Below, in pieces: positions 24,736 through 38,056 of a stretch of DNA of 64,000 bases. The first letter of the stretch is position 1. The number at the start of each line of letters is the position of its first letter. The stretch comes from Anthoceros angustus (lineage: Eukaryota > Plantae > Anthocerotophyta). Under the pieces are notes generated by a model. It saw nothing but the letters and a program-made list of their open reading frames with translations. It searched no databases and was not told the origin of the DNA. The position numbers were made by a program, and so were the translations under genes. The stretch spans positions 62,001 through 126,000 of the forward strand of contig VJWM01000250.1 of assembly GCA_010909165.1 (NCBI GenBank), given 5' to 3'.

Positions 24736-27700
24736 TCATTTTTCAGAAGCCGTGTCCATGGCATGCCATCCATCCGGCCCCCCAGCCATTTTATCTAGTC
24801 TCTGGATGGCACATTGTTGACAATACCACTCACCATCTGGTATCACCTTGAGTGGAGGTCGCAGGCAGAACACATGATAGCCTCTGTTACATTTGTCACA
24901 TAGTATCATCAGCTCTGGGTCCGTGATGTGACCACAAAATTTGCAAGGCAAGTCAATCGGTGGCTTCCAAGCCTGCGGCTGTGTCCTCGTATCTAGGTTG
25001 GGCAGGTGACACAGTGCCAAAGGACGCATGTGCTCCTTGCACCGTCATCCATCATGTCCTTCCAACTCAATGACTCCCTGCTCACCCACACTCACCACCC
25101 GTATAATCAGACGTCCAGTACTCACATCCAGCATGCATGAAGGCCGATGCTGTAAGTATACAAAGTCTCCCACTTCAAATTTCCTCGCCTTGGGTTTCCA
25201 TGAGCCACCCCTCGTAAATGCGCACCGAAGTTGGTCTCGATGTTGTGCGATGGCTAAATTGTCCATCACCATTGGGATTACTCGCTGAAACAGCTTGGCT
25301 CAGTTTTGCAACTCCAGGAAGCACTCTTCTAGATTTTGTGCCTAGTCTACCGGCTTAGAATAGGTATCCTTCACAATATTTGGCATCACAGCGTTCCTTC
25401 CAAACATGATGTAGTACGGGCTGAAATTTCCAAGTGCAGCCTGTACACTGATCCTATATCCCAATGCCACATATGGCAACAACTCATCCCAGCAGCTGGC
25501 TCAACCTCATTGCAATATTTGCGGAGAGAATCCTTGAAAGTTTGTACTAATTGTTCAGCCAACCCGTCAATTTGAGGATGGTCCTGGGATGTGCGGCGGT
25601 GATCTATCAGGCTCCGGTCCAACAATGCTTGGAATTCGCCACGAAATTCGTTGCCTTGGTCCGTCAACACTTCCGCACAGCTCCCATACCTGCTAAGAAC
25701 ACATTGCAAAAATGCCCGGGCCGTATATTTGGAGCTTCTGATCAGAAGAAAAGCCAACTCTACCCATTTTGAAAAGTTCTCTATCATCAACATGCAAGTG
25801 CTTGCCTTGTCACATCGGCAATTGCATGAGATCAACGGACCATCTGTAAAACAATCCCTTGATAGGCAGCGAATGTAATACTACATCCTGACTGTTAAAC
25901 CTTGCCTTTATTGCATCACACGCAGCACATCGCTCTACCACCTGTTCCACATCATCATACATGCCTGACCAGAAGTATGCATTCTTCAGCATGTGGTGTG
26001 TCCTCTTGACACCAAAGTGCCCCAGCATTCTGTGCACCTTGGTCACCAATGGTTTTCTCTCTTCCACGGGTGGCACCTCTTTGCTCACCCCTCGATCTAT
26101 CACAAGCACTCTACCCTCCTTGTACGTATAGCAAGCGATTCTTTGTTGTAACTTCTGAAGCGCCATTGCATCCAAACCAGCTACATGCCCATCTCGCAAC
26201 AACTCATCCCAAAGAAATGCTCAACCTCATTGCAATATTTGCGGAGAGAATCCTTGAAAGTTTGTACTAATTGTTCAGCCAACCCGTCAATTTGAGGATG
26301 GTCACAGGATGTGCGGTGATCTATCGTGCTCGGTCCAACAATGCTTGAATTCGCACGAAATTCGTTGCCTTGGTCCGGCCAACACTCCGCATACCCCATA
26401 CCTGCTAAGAACACATTGCAAAAATGCCCGGGCCGTATATTTGGAGCTTCTGATCAGAAGAAAAGCCAACTCTACCCATTTTGAAAAGTTCTCTATCATC
26501 AACATGCAGTGCTTGTTGCCCTGTCTTGTCACTGGCAATTCAGGCATGAGATCAACGGACCATCTGTAAAACAATCCCTTGATAGGCAGCGAATGTAATA
26601 CTACATCCTGACTGTTAAACCTTGCCTTTATTGCATCACACGCAGCACATCGCTCTACCACCTGTTCCACATCATCATACATGCCTGACCAGAAGTATGC
26701 ATTCTTCAGCATGTGGTGTGTCCTCTTGACACCAAAGTGCCCCAGCATTCTGATTGCGGCACCTTGGTCACCAATGGTTTTCTCTCTTCCACGGGTGGCA
26801 CCTCTTTGCTCACCCCTCGATCTATCACAAGCACTCTACCCTCCTTGTACGTATAGCAAGCGATTCTTTGTTGTAACTTCTGAAGCGCCATTGCATCCAA
26901 ACCAGCTACATGCCCATCTCGCAACAACTGAATGGCCTGCTCAAGTTTCCATATGTCTCGACCCCCTTCTGCCAACTGTTGTTCTCTTCCTGGCTCCATG
27001 GATATCAATGCCAGGTACTTACTAAGTGAACCCGAAGTCTTGTCTGGCCCCAGTGGTATCTCCTGTCCCACACATCGGATTCCTGTGATCCCGTCGGCAT
27101 TGAGATGCACCTTCCTTGCCCGATGCACAATGTCGCCGCCGATTCGACAACAAAGCCCATCTAGCGAGCTTCCTTTCGATTTCATATTTGTCATCGGCCG
27201 TGCAATGGGCGATGATCGTGTGAAAACTTGACCAAACAAGTATACTCAAATGCGAACACCCACACTGCAGCGAGACACTCTCCTTCATAGGACGAGTAGT
27301 TGGCCTCCGCAGTGTTGTTAGATCTCGCCGCATAGGCGGCGATGACTCCGCTTCCTTCCTTCCTCATCGGGTGCAAGCACGGCCTACGATGCCAACAGAC
27401 TCCAATCCAGATACAAGACGGGCTTATCGAAATTAGTTTTTAAGCATTGGTCTTCTCGCGCTCCTTCAACTCCCGCCACGCTTGCTCCTGTTCCTGCCCC
27501 CATTGCCAATGGGCTTCTTTCTTGAGTAATGCATACAATGGCCCGCAGGTTCCACTCATGTTTCTGATAAATCGACGATAGTAATTCACCAGCCCCATGA
27601 ATGCTCTTAAGGCGGCCACATCTTTTGGCCTGGGCATAAGACTCACCGCCTGTACTTTGGCCAACTGTGGTAGCACTCCCTCTAGTACAATCTTGTGCCC

Positions 27701-28580
27701 CAAATACTCTATCGCCCTATATGCAAACTTACATTTCCTTGGGTGGGCCTTCAATCCTGACTTGGCCAATCGCTGCAGCAACACTTCTAGGTGTTCAAGG
27801 TGTTCCTCCAGACTATTGCTAAACACTAGAATGTCATCAATGTAGCACTTAACAAATGATAACCCATATAGTTCCAAGTCAGCCACTCGTTGAAAATATA
27901 TGGATGCGTTCTTCAAGCCGAACGGCATGGTTTCCCACTCCCATAGTTGCTCTTTGCCCCAAAACGCTGTCTTGCACTTGTCCTGCTCCTCAATCACAAT
28001 CTGATTGAAGCCAAATCGAAAATCTAGTGTGGTGAAGTACTTGGCCTCTCTAATAGCGTCAAAGATCTCATCAGGAGTGGGCATGGGATATCGTTCCATG
28101 GGAGTTATTTCGTTCAAGGCTCGGTAATCTCCACACATTCTCCTATCCTTCCACTCGCCATGTTCATCCTTCTTGAGTGGCAACATGGTGGCTGCAGCAT
28201 ATTGAGAGGTCAATTTCCTGATCAGACCAGCCGCAGCCAGCTCCTTGCATCGTTTATCTACGATATCCTTCCATGGGGCTGAACTTGTGTCTTCTCCTGA
28301 ACACAGGTTCATTTGTGGTAGTGGTAATCTTGAACTTGATGCGATCATACCGCCCTAGCTCGGCCCAGCTGACCGCAAAAGTGCCTCGATTTCTGTGTAG
28401 CATATCCCGGATCTTCTGCTGCTCAGCCGGTTGCAGATCTTCACATATTTGCCATTCATCGATTGGACTCTCGTGGTCTTCCCCTCGCGTCGATGAAGCA
28501 GGCACTGCCGCGTTTGTGGCCTGTTCTCGTTTGTCAGGTGCAGGTGTATGCTCCTCTTCTTTGTTACGTATCAGCAAATG
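24736..28580 (-). mobile_element. Ty3/Gypsy pol remnant: RT, RNase H, integrase, C-terminal PHD finger (frameshifted)
   Basis: RT: RMCGDYRALN, MPFGLKNA, YIDD (27440-28348). RNase H: NYSSYEGECLAAVW. Integrase: HHCC (HRMLGH...RCAAC), WSVDL, LTDQGNEF, DGLAE, FEVGDFVYL. PHD C4HC3: CKFC...CDKCNRGYHVFC...WYCQQC. Confidence 0.95.
25476..26929. repeat. Tandem duplication of about 720 bp of the integrase region
   Basis: Two copies bounded by GCAACAACT at 25476, 26196 and 26921. Confidence 0.9.
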
Positions 28581-28649
28581 CTTCCTACCGTGCTTTCAGC
28601 ATATGGCCATCTGTGTGGCCATGCCCACACTTATCAACCACCGCATACA

Positions 28650-31494
28650 AGCTATGTCGAAGGCCTACCCCACCAACCTGTGTGGAATGCAAAAGTTTGG
28701 GCAACCAGCCCAAAAGAGCTAGAGGAAGAACGAACCTGATTTTTTTTTGTTGAAATCGATTGAAGAGGGACATGTTGGGATTTTTCTAAGAACCTTGGAT
28801 CTGGAGCTGTAGGATATGGGTAGAAAGGCAGAGGGGATATCTGGGAAAAGAAACGGGTCAAAATGACCGCCAGGCGAGACAGAAGGCGGGCGGTGGCTGA
28901 ACGTCAGAGTGAGGCCACCACGGTGAGAGGAAGAGCGGACTACCACAGTGGTGGCGGACTACCACAGTGGTGGCGGACTACCAGAGGTCGCGGATCATCA
29001 GGGTGACGAGATCTCGGCCAGAAAAGGAACTTAGGATGGGGGGTATCCACTATATATGCTCACCAATAGGGGGATAAATAAATAGAGAAATTAGAAAGCG
29101 ATTAATTAGGGGTGGCAGATAGGATAGGGAGTTTAGGTAGGGTTAGGTATTTAGAATGGTGAACCAAATCTAGGGCTGAGCAGCCTCCAGGTGGCAGACA
29201 TCCAAAGAGGGCAAAGTGCAGTTTTGGCAGCGCTTCCTTCACTTCGCGAAGGGCTGGAGCTGGAGTTGGAGTGTAATAGCAGAAGGAGGGAAGGCTGCCA
29301 TCGCTGCGAGAAAAGGAGCTACCATCGCCGCGAGCAAGCTGGGAGCGAAGTGGGGCTGTGCGCGCTTCATCAAGGAGAGACCGAACCTCCCCAGCTTCGA
29401 AGTGGAAGCAAACGGCGAAAGGAGGAAGAAGGGCGCGATGCGTCGCAAACCGAGAGGAGCTCTCCACGTGCCCCAGGTCACTGGAAGGAAGAGGTGCAGA
29501 GCGGGAGCCAGGAGGACGGAGCACTCGAAGTGCTGTAGCTGCGGAATTGAGGACGGAGGAGCACTATGAACAATTGGTGGTGGCGCCCAGCCCTGGAGAA
29601 AGGATCACGAAGAGGAGATTGGCAGCAGCGGGAGGACTCAAGCTAGGGCTAATGTGTGCGTGTGTTTCAGGGTGAGTGTTGTTGCCACCACAAGGGAGGG
29701 GTGTGTTGAGGAGTGAAGATTTGGAGCCCTCAACGCTTCAAATTGGAGAGTAATTTCCTTCCTTGAAGCACTTGGGAAGAAAAACGCCGCCATGCCTCGA
29801 GCAGGAAAGGGCAAGGGGAAGGAACCGCCTGCCAAGGGCTCCTTCTCACGAGGAGGAAAAGGGAAGAAGCCAGCAGCAGGAGCTGCGCCGCCAGGGGGAG
29901 AGGATTTTGAGATGCCACAATTTACGTGCTTTGCAGGGCAGCTCAACCCCCGTGATTTGGTAGATTTTAGGCATTGGGCGGAGGAGAAAAACATCCATTT
30001 TCTTCCTTTTTCACATTTTCCATTTCTTTTTCCTTTTTGCCACATTTATCTCCAAATAAATCTGTAGAAATCACAATTTATTTCAATAGCTGCTATATAG
30101 CTACCTCACATGTTACAATCACCCTTATAGGGTTCACAAGATGGTGCCCTCCTCCTCTCAACGGGGGGGCACCCTGCTACAACAACAAGTAGGGCCTTCT
30201 ACACCGGCATCTTACTTGTAACCTCATTATCTTCAACATCCGGCTCTTTAGCATGTGCAGAAGCCACCCACCCACCCCACACCCAAAGTCTTTTTGTACA
30301 CACATCCCGCTATGGGCCTGCTACTCTCCGCCTTTCGCAAGGCATCATCGGAATGCCAGAGGCGCCGCCACCGGCGCCTACTCCTCAGACATGCTTTGCT
30401 CCCCGACCATCAGCGGGTTCGTCTCTCATCCAATTTTGATCACCGTGCTTTTTACGAATCTTTAGGGTTATTGTGCGAGAAAGACCCGCAGTGACCGCAA
30501 CAATGGCCCTTGTCATGGGTCTTGAATGCACCCCAAATAGGGTTACCTCTTGCACCATAACCCTTCGTTGGCATGAAATGGACCTTGTATCACTGGTTTA
30601 TAGGAATTTCCACCCTTCTTTTCTGCCTTACATTCATTCACACCTCAAAAACCACCAGTTCAAGACCCATGTCAAACCCCCTTAAGGAGACAAATTTCAG
30701 AAAATCCCCTTCGTGAATATTCACCCCCTTCAAAAGATATCGTGTTACCACCTATTCATGCACCAGGTCTTTGATCACTGGCCCAGGAAAGGATTTTTGG
30801 CATACAAGCAACAGGAGAAGCCGGCAGATCTACGCAGTTTGAAGGTGTGGCTCAGCCACTTACACCGGGAGAAGGCAGGACGGTATGCCATTGGTTACCC
30901 CAGGGCATTTTATAGGCTGTTTGCATGCTTACGCACTGGAATCTTGGAGTGGGATGAACCAATGTTTGAATGTTGGTACTTGCTCAACAACAACATAGGG
31001 GATTTCTTGCGTGCTCAATGCATTGGAAAGCAATATTATGTCAACGGATTGAATAGGCCACAGCTTCCCAGGGTCAAAACAGAACTGGACAGTGATGAAG
31101 AAGAAGAAATGATGGCTCGACACCATGCCAGGGAGAGACAGCAATTGGGAAAGGCCCAGGTGGATGAGTACTTCGATCCCGAGGAAAGGCGGGTGGCAGC
31201 CCTTTTGGCCACATATGGAGCATGAGAAACCATCGGAGCCCCAACTGTGTGATAGCATGTTTAGGCGGTTCTACCGGCGATTTTACGGTATCTAAGTGTC
31301 CAAAGTGCTGCCACAACAAGAGCAATTTGTGGCTGCGACTTTGGCAGGGGGCCATTTCGGTGTTTAACTTAGAACAATTACTTGTTGTTTACGGGTTTTG
31401 CTTGAGAAAAGTGTGTTAGGTTTGGTTTAGGGTAGGTTATGGCTTGGATATGAAACTTTCGGTGCCATGCCCGCTATGCAGCTGTGGCACGACA
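28650..31494. mobile_element. Long LTR-like segment ending ...GGCACGACA, with plus-strand ORF remnants
   Basis: 31351-31494 is a direct repeat of 31948-32091. Coding-like pieces at 29792-30067 and 30713-31225. Left boundary uncertain. Confidence 0.55.
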
Positions 31495-31496
31495 GC

Positions 31497-32091
31497 TGTC
31501 ATGGCAAATAGGATGTTAGAGGGTGCAATGGGTATGTGTGCATGAGTGGTGTGCGTGACCATGGGGGCATGCTCATGTGCATGGACATGAATGATGATGG
31601 GGATGTGCATGCCCATCTCCGATGCATGTGTGGTTTGACACCGCGGTAAGTCAGAAGTCGGAAGCCAAGCATGAGGCGCCAAGCCGTGTGTAATTACGGT
31701 GAGATTGCGGCTTCTGCGGGAATCACGGACGACGCCGTGCGCCTCCCAAGCTGATCGCCCGTGATTAATCGTGGAAGGTGCCAAGCGGGGGCATCAAAAA
31801 GGTAGCAATCCGCTGGGAGAGGCAGTTTGTTGATGTTTGTTCGGTCGGAAGGATAGCCATACAGCTCCCGGGGTGACGGTGGATGCGAGGCTCTTGGAAG
31901 GAAAGGGGTGTCGGCGGATGAGCCCAAAGGGGACACGATCGACTTTTGCCATTTCGGTGTTTAACTTAGAACAATTACTTGTTGTTTACGGGTTTTGCTT
32001 GAGAAAAGTGTGTTAGGTTTGGTTTAGGGTAGGTTATGGCTTGGATGTGAAACTTTCGATGCCATGCCCGCTATGCAGCTGTGGCGCGACA
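31497..32091. mobile_element. 595-bp internally deleted copy of the TGTC...GACA LTR-like element
   Basis: Termini TGTCATGGCA and TGGCGCGACA (imperfect inverted). Left part matches 218-660, right part matches 31351-31494, joined at a GC microhomology near 31948. Confidence 0.8.
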
Positions 32092-33746
32092 TAAGTCGTT
32101 TTCATCCAGTCTAGGAATTCCTTGCTTTTGTGAACACTCCAGCAATCTATAATCCATATCATCTTTTGCCTTGTGGCTAGCCTCAAGACATCCAGTTGCC
32201 TTTCATGGTAAGGGATCAAGATTTCCTTCACAAATGCCTTCGATGACTCTAGTGTAGACCAATGAGTGCTAGTATATGTTAAATGAAATCCTGCTTCTAC
32301 ACATAGCTTGGCACCACCATGACCTTTGGGTACCGACCTACTTGTTGTTCCTGTGAAGATGATTTGGAGCGATAGTAAGTGACCCGCTGCGGATGAAGAT
32401 ACCATTACAGTAATTTGCCTCTTGTCCTCTACCCCAAGCACCTTGATGTCTTTTGTCCCTTTAACCTACCATGTGCGTTCTCCCTTTGTAGGAACCAAGT
32501 GGATTCCAGTTTGATCACTATTGACAACAAGTTCAGGCGGAATATCATAAGCTCTGGAGAGGTAAGCTACTCTATATGCCATCATTCTTCCTTCATCTTC
32601 CCAAGTTTCCGGGAGCTTAGAAGTTGCAGTAGACGCTCGATAGGGCCATGAGAGTTTCTTTTTCATGAACTTCCTTGTCCAATCAATGCTAACCTCGAAA
32701 GTTCTGTTTACAATGAGTTCAGGTGCCCTAGCTTTAATAATGCCCCTCAGCCTGGGTTGGACAAGAGGGGCATTGATTGGTTCCCCCTCATCCCTCAAGG
32801 TTCTCAAGAAATCACCAAGCTCCTTTCTCAAATCAGGTCTATCTTCCAAAGGTCCAATATTGATAGTTGGCCCAGATGCTGCAAACTTTTTACTAACTGC
32901 AAGCTTGTACGCAGGCTTCAACTCCCATGTCTTCAAGTCAAACCAAGTGTGTAAGGATCCACGAGTCAACTTGGTATATGGATTGTCCATCTTTGGCTTT
33001 CCATGGGCAGCCTTAAGGTAATGCAATACTGCTGCAAAATTCCTATGCTTCCTAACACTTGCTTCTATAGGAGGCCATAAATGGTCTTGAAACCAGTTAG
33101 TATAAGGACCTCTTCGTTTCTTGTGCGTATCGCTCCTGACATCCTCATCCTCTTGCTTGATCCTCTTCATTGGTAGAAGAACTGCTTCACATGTTGTCTT
33201 GCGAGGTCTTCTAATTGGTCGCTTCATGTGTCTCAGCTCTGAAACTTTTTCATGTGAAATCCCAACTACTCTTATAGAAAGCAAGTGCACATCTCGCGCA
33301 ATTTCAGCATCCCTCTCTCTCTCAATCTTACGAAACATGGTTGTTAGACGAGATTGTTTATTTGTTGCCATGTTTGGGTGCTTGCAAGTAGCCACTTTCC
33401 CAAACAAGACAGACACAATAAAATTAGGTTGACCTTGGTTTGAAAAGCTAGGACTTTTTAGAAACTAAGGCTTGTTTGAAACTAGGGCCTGTTTGAAAAG
33501 CTAGAGGATGTTTGGGAAACTAGGGTACCTATGTGTGAAAAATTAGGGCTTGTTCAGGGGAGGTCTACACATATCTATTAGTTGTATATAGATACCTATA
33601 TATTCTAATAAATGTTGAAATTTGATAAAATTATTTTTTTATAAATGTTGAAATTTTGAAAAATATAAATATGTATGTTGAACCTTATATTTTTCAAAAA
33701 ATAATTATTTCGGCATTACCCTGTTGAACCACCCTACGGGGTACGG
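32092..33746 (-). mobile_element. 5' half of a pogo/Tc1-mariner DNA transposon (terminal inverted repeat plus N-terminal transposase)
   Basis: TA + CCGTACCCCGTAGGGTGGTTC terminus at 33746; ATG at about 33371; CENP-B-like HTH region; VVNSDQTG; DKRQITV; WIIDCWSVH; one in-frame stop at 32466. Confidence 0.9.
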
Positions 33747-33817
33747 TAATAGTTTTAGGGTATAAATTTAATGTGTGGCTTTAGCCCCCCAGCAGCAGTC
33801 GCTTTCTGCGCTCGTGG

Positions 33818-36800
33818 ATGGACTGGAACGGCGGTAGCGCGTTTGCGGCGGCCGCGCCGGTGGCGACCGGCAGCGAATGTGGAAGAACGCAAGAGCAGAA
33901 TTGCCGGTACTCGCTCACACCGCTCTGTGCGCCCATGCTTGTGGGTGACAGCGGCCATCCCTGCGAAAAGGTGGACCTGGTGCCGGGCAGCATCTACACC
34001 ATCGGCAGGTCACTTTCATGCTGCGACCTTGTGTTCCAGGACAGCAGAGTGAGCCGTAAGCACTGTCAAGTTCTCGTGGATGCCTGCGGCGGCAAGCTCT
34101 TACTCCTGGACGGAGCCGGAGCCGTAGCAGAAGCAGGGGTGGGTGTAGCAGCTTCCACGGCGCGGAGCTCTCTTAACGGAATTTTTGTGGACGGTCACAA
34201 GCTCGCACCGGGAGCCGTCCAAATTCTTTGCCCTGGTTCTGTAGTTTCTCTTGTAGCTTGCACCGACGGAAATCAGGTTTTGGATCCCAACTTTGGCCTG
34301 GCCATTGGATTCGTTGTCCTTGATGCGAGCACCAAGGCACCACACCATCACCACTCCAATGTAGTCTCTTCCCGTCCCAACAAAAGGAAGAAGGCGGCGC
34401 AGGCTGGTGGTGATGCCAAGGAACATGAACAGGAACGGAGAGAGGCAGGTGGAGACGGACAGACATCGTTGCACGAGACGGCAGTGACAAGCAATTCCCT
34501 CAATCACACTTTTGGGACTAGTTCACCACTTCCTGAGGAGCATGCTGGACAGGGTCCAGCGGGCAAACGTGGGGACGTTACCCCCTCGGAACAATTTGCC
34601 ACTTACAGCCGTGTAGTGAGCACCGGACAGGACTGGGCTCAATCCTCACGCACCGGAAAGGAAACACCCTTGGACAACCGGGCCATCGAACACAAACTTG
34701 AGCAAGTCCGCACGTCCATGAAGCCTCAATCACGTTCTGGACACTCCCATCCGCCATTGCTCCCAGGTGTTTTCTTCAACACCCTTGAAGGAGCCGACAG
34801 GACAGGTGGTTGCAGGACTGTATCCTTATCGGAGCTCCTTTCTCCCTTGGATGATCTCTTGGCCCTTTTCGCAGCAACGTTCTCTGGGGATATCGAATGG
34901 TGTGTACTACATCTCCATCCATGTCTGCTCGTTAAGGCTGGTTTGAAGATTTTCATCTTCAGCAATTTTGCAGGTTCTTGTCGTCGCACGACATTCCGAA
35001 ACATCTGCCAGTCACTATTGCATGTCATGATGAAGAATGTTCCTGGGGCCTAGCCAGCATCGATCGCTTGGCTAACCCTGCGCCGGAATGGCCAAACTTG
35101 ACTATCATGTAAGCTGACTGACTGCGCAGCCCACTGTGCCCTGCTTAAATTGAGATGCCTCAGGATCAATTTCGGTACCCAGTTAAGCCGGTGGACCATG
35201 ACAGCATGCTATTTGTACAGCTATCCGCCTTTCCCGAGCGTTTGTGCAACGGGGAAAGACCAGCTAGGTAATCGGCGAGGTTTTGGTTGCCATCATCCCA
35301 AGTTCTTCCTACTGCAGAAAAGGAGCAGCCTGCGTGTGATTATCACCTCCGCTAACCTCACACCCTCACAGGTATATGTGCTGCCAACATGCCGGACCAC
35401 TTGTGTTACTTGTGATTAGCTTCTCGCCTGTACAGTGAGGAGGTTTTTCTTATACAGACTTACTTGGCAGTGGGTCAATGTGACAAACAACGTCTGGTGG
35501 CAGGACTTCCCGGTCCTTCCAGTTCCAACGTATGAGAATCTCTTTTTCCCCCGAAAAGGATACTGTGAAGCTACAGGGGACTTTTCTGCACAGTTGGCTT
35601 CATTCGTTGCAGCCCTCCTTGTGGATGTTCCCTCCCAAGTGCACTGGGTTATGGCTCTTGCTTCATATGACTTTTCTAAAGCAGAGACAACCTTGATTGC
35701 TTCGGTTCCAGGCTTGCATGGATGCCCTTATGACATTCTTCCCACACCTGTTGGGGTAACAACACCACTCCCCGTTTACTGTCTCTGGGCTTCTAGTTTA
35801 GGTGTGGAACTCATTTGTAATGAATGTCCATTCTTGTTTGTTGGAATTGCAGGATGTGCAGAATAATCTTACTCCAGAACAGGCCCTTGGTGTTGTGGAC
35901 ACAATGATTTCGGGCATTTCGTCTAGATTCCAAGCTGCTTGTGATCCAAAGGGTTCAAGGTTGCGGGAATTAGCGGCAATCCTTCAGCATCAGAAAATGG
36001 AAGAGCCGGGGGTGATCCGTGTTTGCCTGAGGCGGATCAGGAATATAACTACAGATCCCAGTGCCGTGGGAATATTTATTTGTGCGGAAAATATTGCAAG
36101 GGGTCCCCTTCTTTTTCTTCACAAAGGTGTCGGCAGAGTCAGTTTGTTTGGTTTGCTTTTGGTATGCTTTTGGTGAGGTGTATTGTACGCATATTGTAAA
36201 ATCCCTATCAGAGGGTGAATGTCTGAGTGCTGTAGTTTGCACTTGCCTTGTTGCAGATCAAAGCGACAAAGCAGTATCAAGTCCTCCGTCATTGTTAAAT
36301 GACACTATTCAAGTCGGCTTCTTGCCTAGAGATACAGCCAAGTGGGTTGCTCACCTATGTGACACGGGTGCTTGCATTTTTGCTGCATGTGTTTCGCCAA
36401 AGGATGTACTCGCTGTGGCCTGTGGTCAGATAAGCTCACATGCCCGAGTTACACTTTATGTGTACAAGGTCAGTAATGTGGAAGTTACTGGCTGAAATTC
36501 TGTCAGTCATGTTCTACTATGGCATGTCTATCGATGTGCTCTTTGCTTTGGTCAGAGTGCACAGTTTTCTGAGGTGTTGGAGCATTGTCAGACCTTTGAA
36601 ACTCAAGCAGCCATATGCTGCTTGCTACGATCCTTACAGCGCCCTCTCGGGCTCTGGCGGCTTCAACAGGTGATCATGTTCCAGATCTTTGTATCTGCTT
36701 CTTTGCAGTTCAGTTCCAACTATTGTCAACTTCATGTGCAAGTTTTGTGATTTGCAGTCATGTCTGGTGCCTCCAGGTGCTTTCCAAGTTTGAGTGGTCA

Positions 36801-38056
36801 TGTTCGGGAGAAACTGATTTTGTTTATGGTACCGTCTGATCCTTCAGTCGTTGGGACGCCAATAGTCCGCCAAGAAGGTACAGCATCTGATGAGTGACTG
36901 TTTTTAGGTTCATCGTCCATTGGAACCTCTGTCGATGTAAAGTTCCTGGCTGCCTTCGCTGCCGCAGTGGGCCGAAGAGCTGCACCCTTCACAGATTTCA
37001 ACTCTGCGGATTCGGATCCCGAGGTCTTTCCCAAGTTGAGGCTTGTTGCTGTTCACAATTGCACCTTACCTAGTAGCAGCAACTAACAGCCAGATAACTG
37101 TGACAGTGGGGATGCTGGACAGTGGAGCATGAGGCGAATGATCCTTCTATTGGTATCATTTTTCCTACCATTGAGAGGGCTAAAGGAGCGAGGGGTGGAG
37201 TTCGCTCTCATTGTGGGCTCCATCACTTTGCACAGGTGCGTTAGGTGCAGCCTTCTGGATAAAGCAGCTCTGCTCTCCATCTATATCATGCTTTGTGTTG
37301 TTGCTTGTCCGTGAGACAGCGTACGTGGGAGCGTCTTCAGCCAACGGGCATGCTACACGATGCTGTTCCATGTTGCGCTGAGAGGACTGGCTATCCTATG
37401 CATGTGAAGGTGAGCTCCAGCTAAACGGAAAACTTGCGGCATGTCAAGATGTTGCAACATGTGCGCTCGTGTTCACTCCTTTGTTTTTGCAGGTTGCCAT
37501 GCGCCGGTTTCAAAACCATCCATCGGAACCATCGTACGGTTGGGTGTATTATGGATCTCACAATTTCAGCCCGGCTGCCTGGGGGAGGCCTCTTTTTAAA
37601 CCTGTACAGAATCACAAGTCCTCTTCATTTGCAAGCGTTCAAGCACTCGGCTGTTCGCTTCTCTTGTCCAACTATGAACTAGGGGCCCTCTTCATAGTGC
37701 CTCCACCTGGATATGGAAACGCGTCACCGATTATTGGCGGGTGCAACTGGGTGCCACGGCAGCTGTGGGGTTCTTTGGACAAATTTCCCCTGCCGTTTGT
37801 GACGCCCGCTCCCAGGTATCGCCCAACAGATAAACCTGCTACAGGTAGGGAGCTCAAGGAGGCAATCTTGGAATGCCAGGTCACGGAAGAAGACAGCGGC
37901 GGCGGAGCAGTTGAAGGCGTAAACGAGGTGAGTTCCTCTCAGGATGCTGTGCCTGAGGAAAGTGAGTGGTTTGAGGTGGAGATGAGTGCTGGCGACACAA
38001 AGGTGGATTTGTCATGCAAGAAGTTCGTGTGGCCTCAAACGGACAACGATGCATAG
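33818..38056 (+). CDS. TDP1: Tyrosyl-DNA phosphodiesterase 1, beta type (FHA + HKN + HIRAN + HKN), multi-exon
   Basis: FHA (TIGR...VSRKHC...SSLNGIFVDG); GCHHPK...ITSANL; HIRAN-like RNITTDPSAV...QVGFLPRDTAKWVAHL; PMHVK...GWVYYGSHNFS; SNYELG. GT-AG introns, e.g. 34900-34973. Confidence 0.92.
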
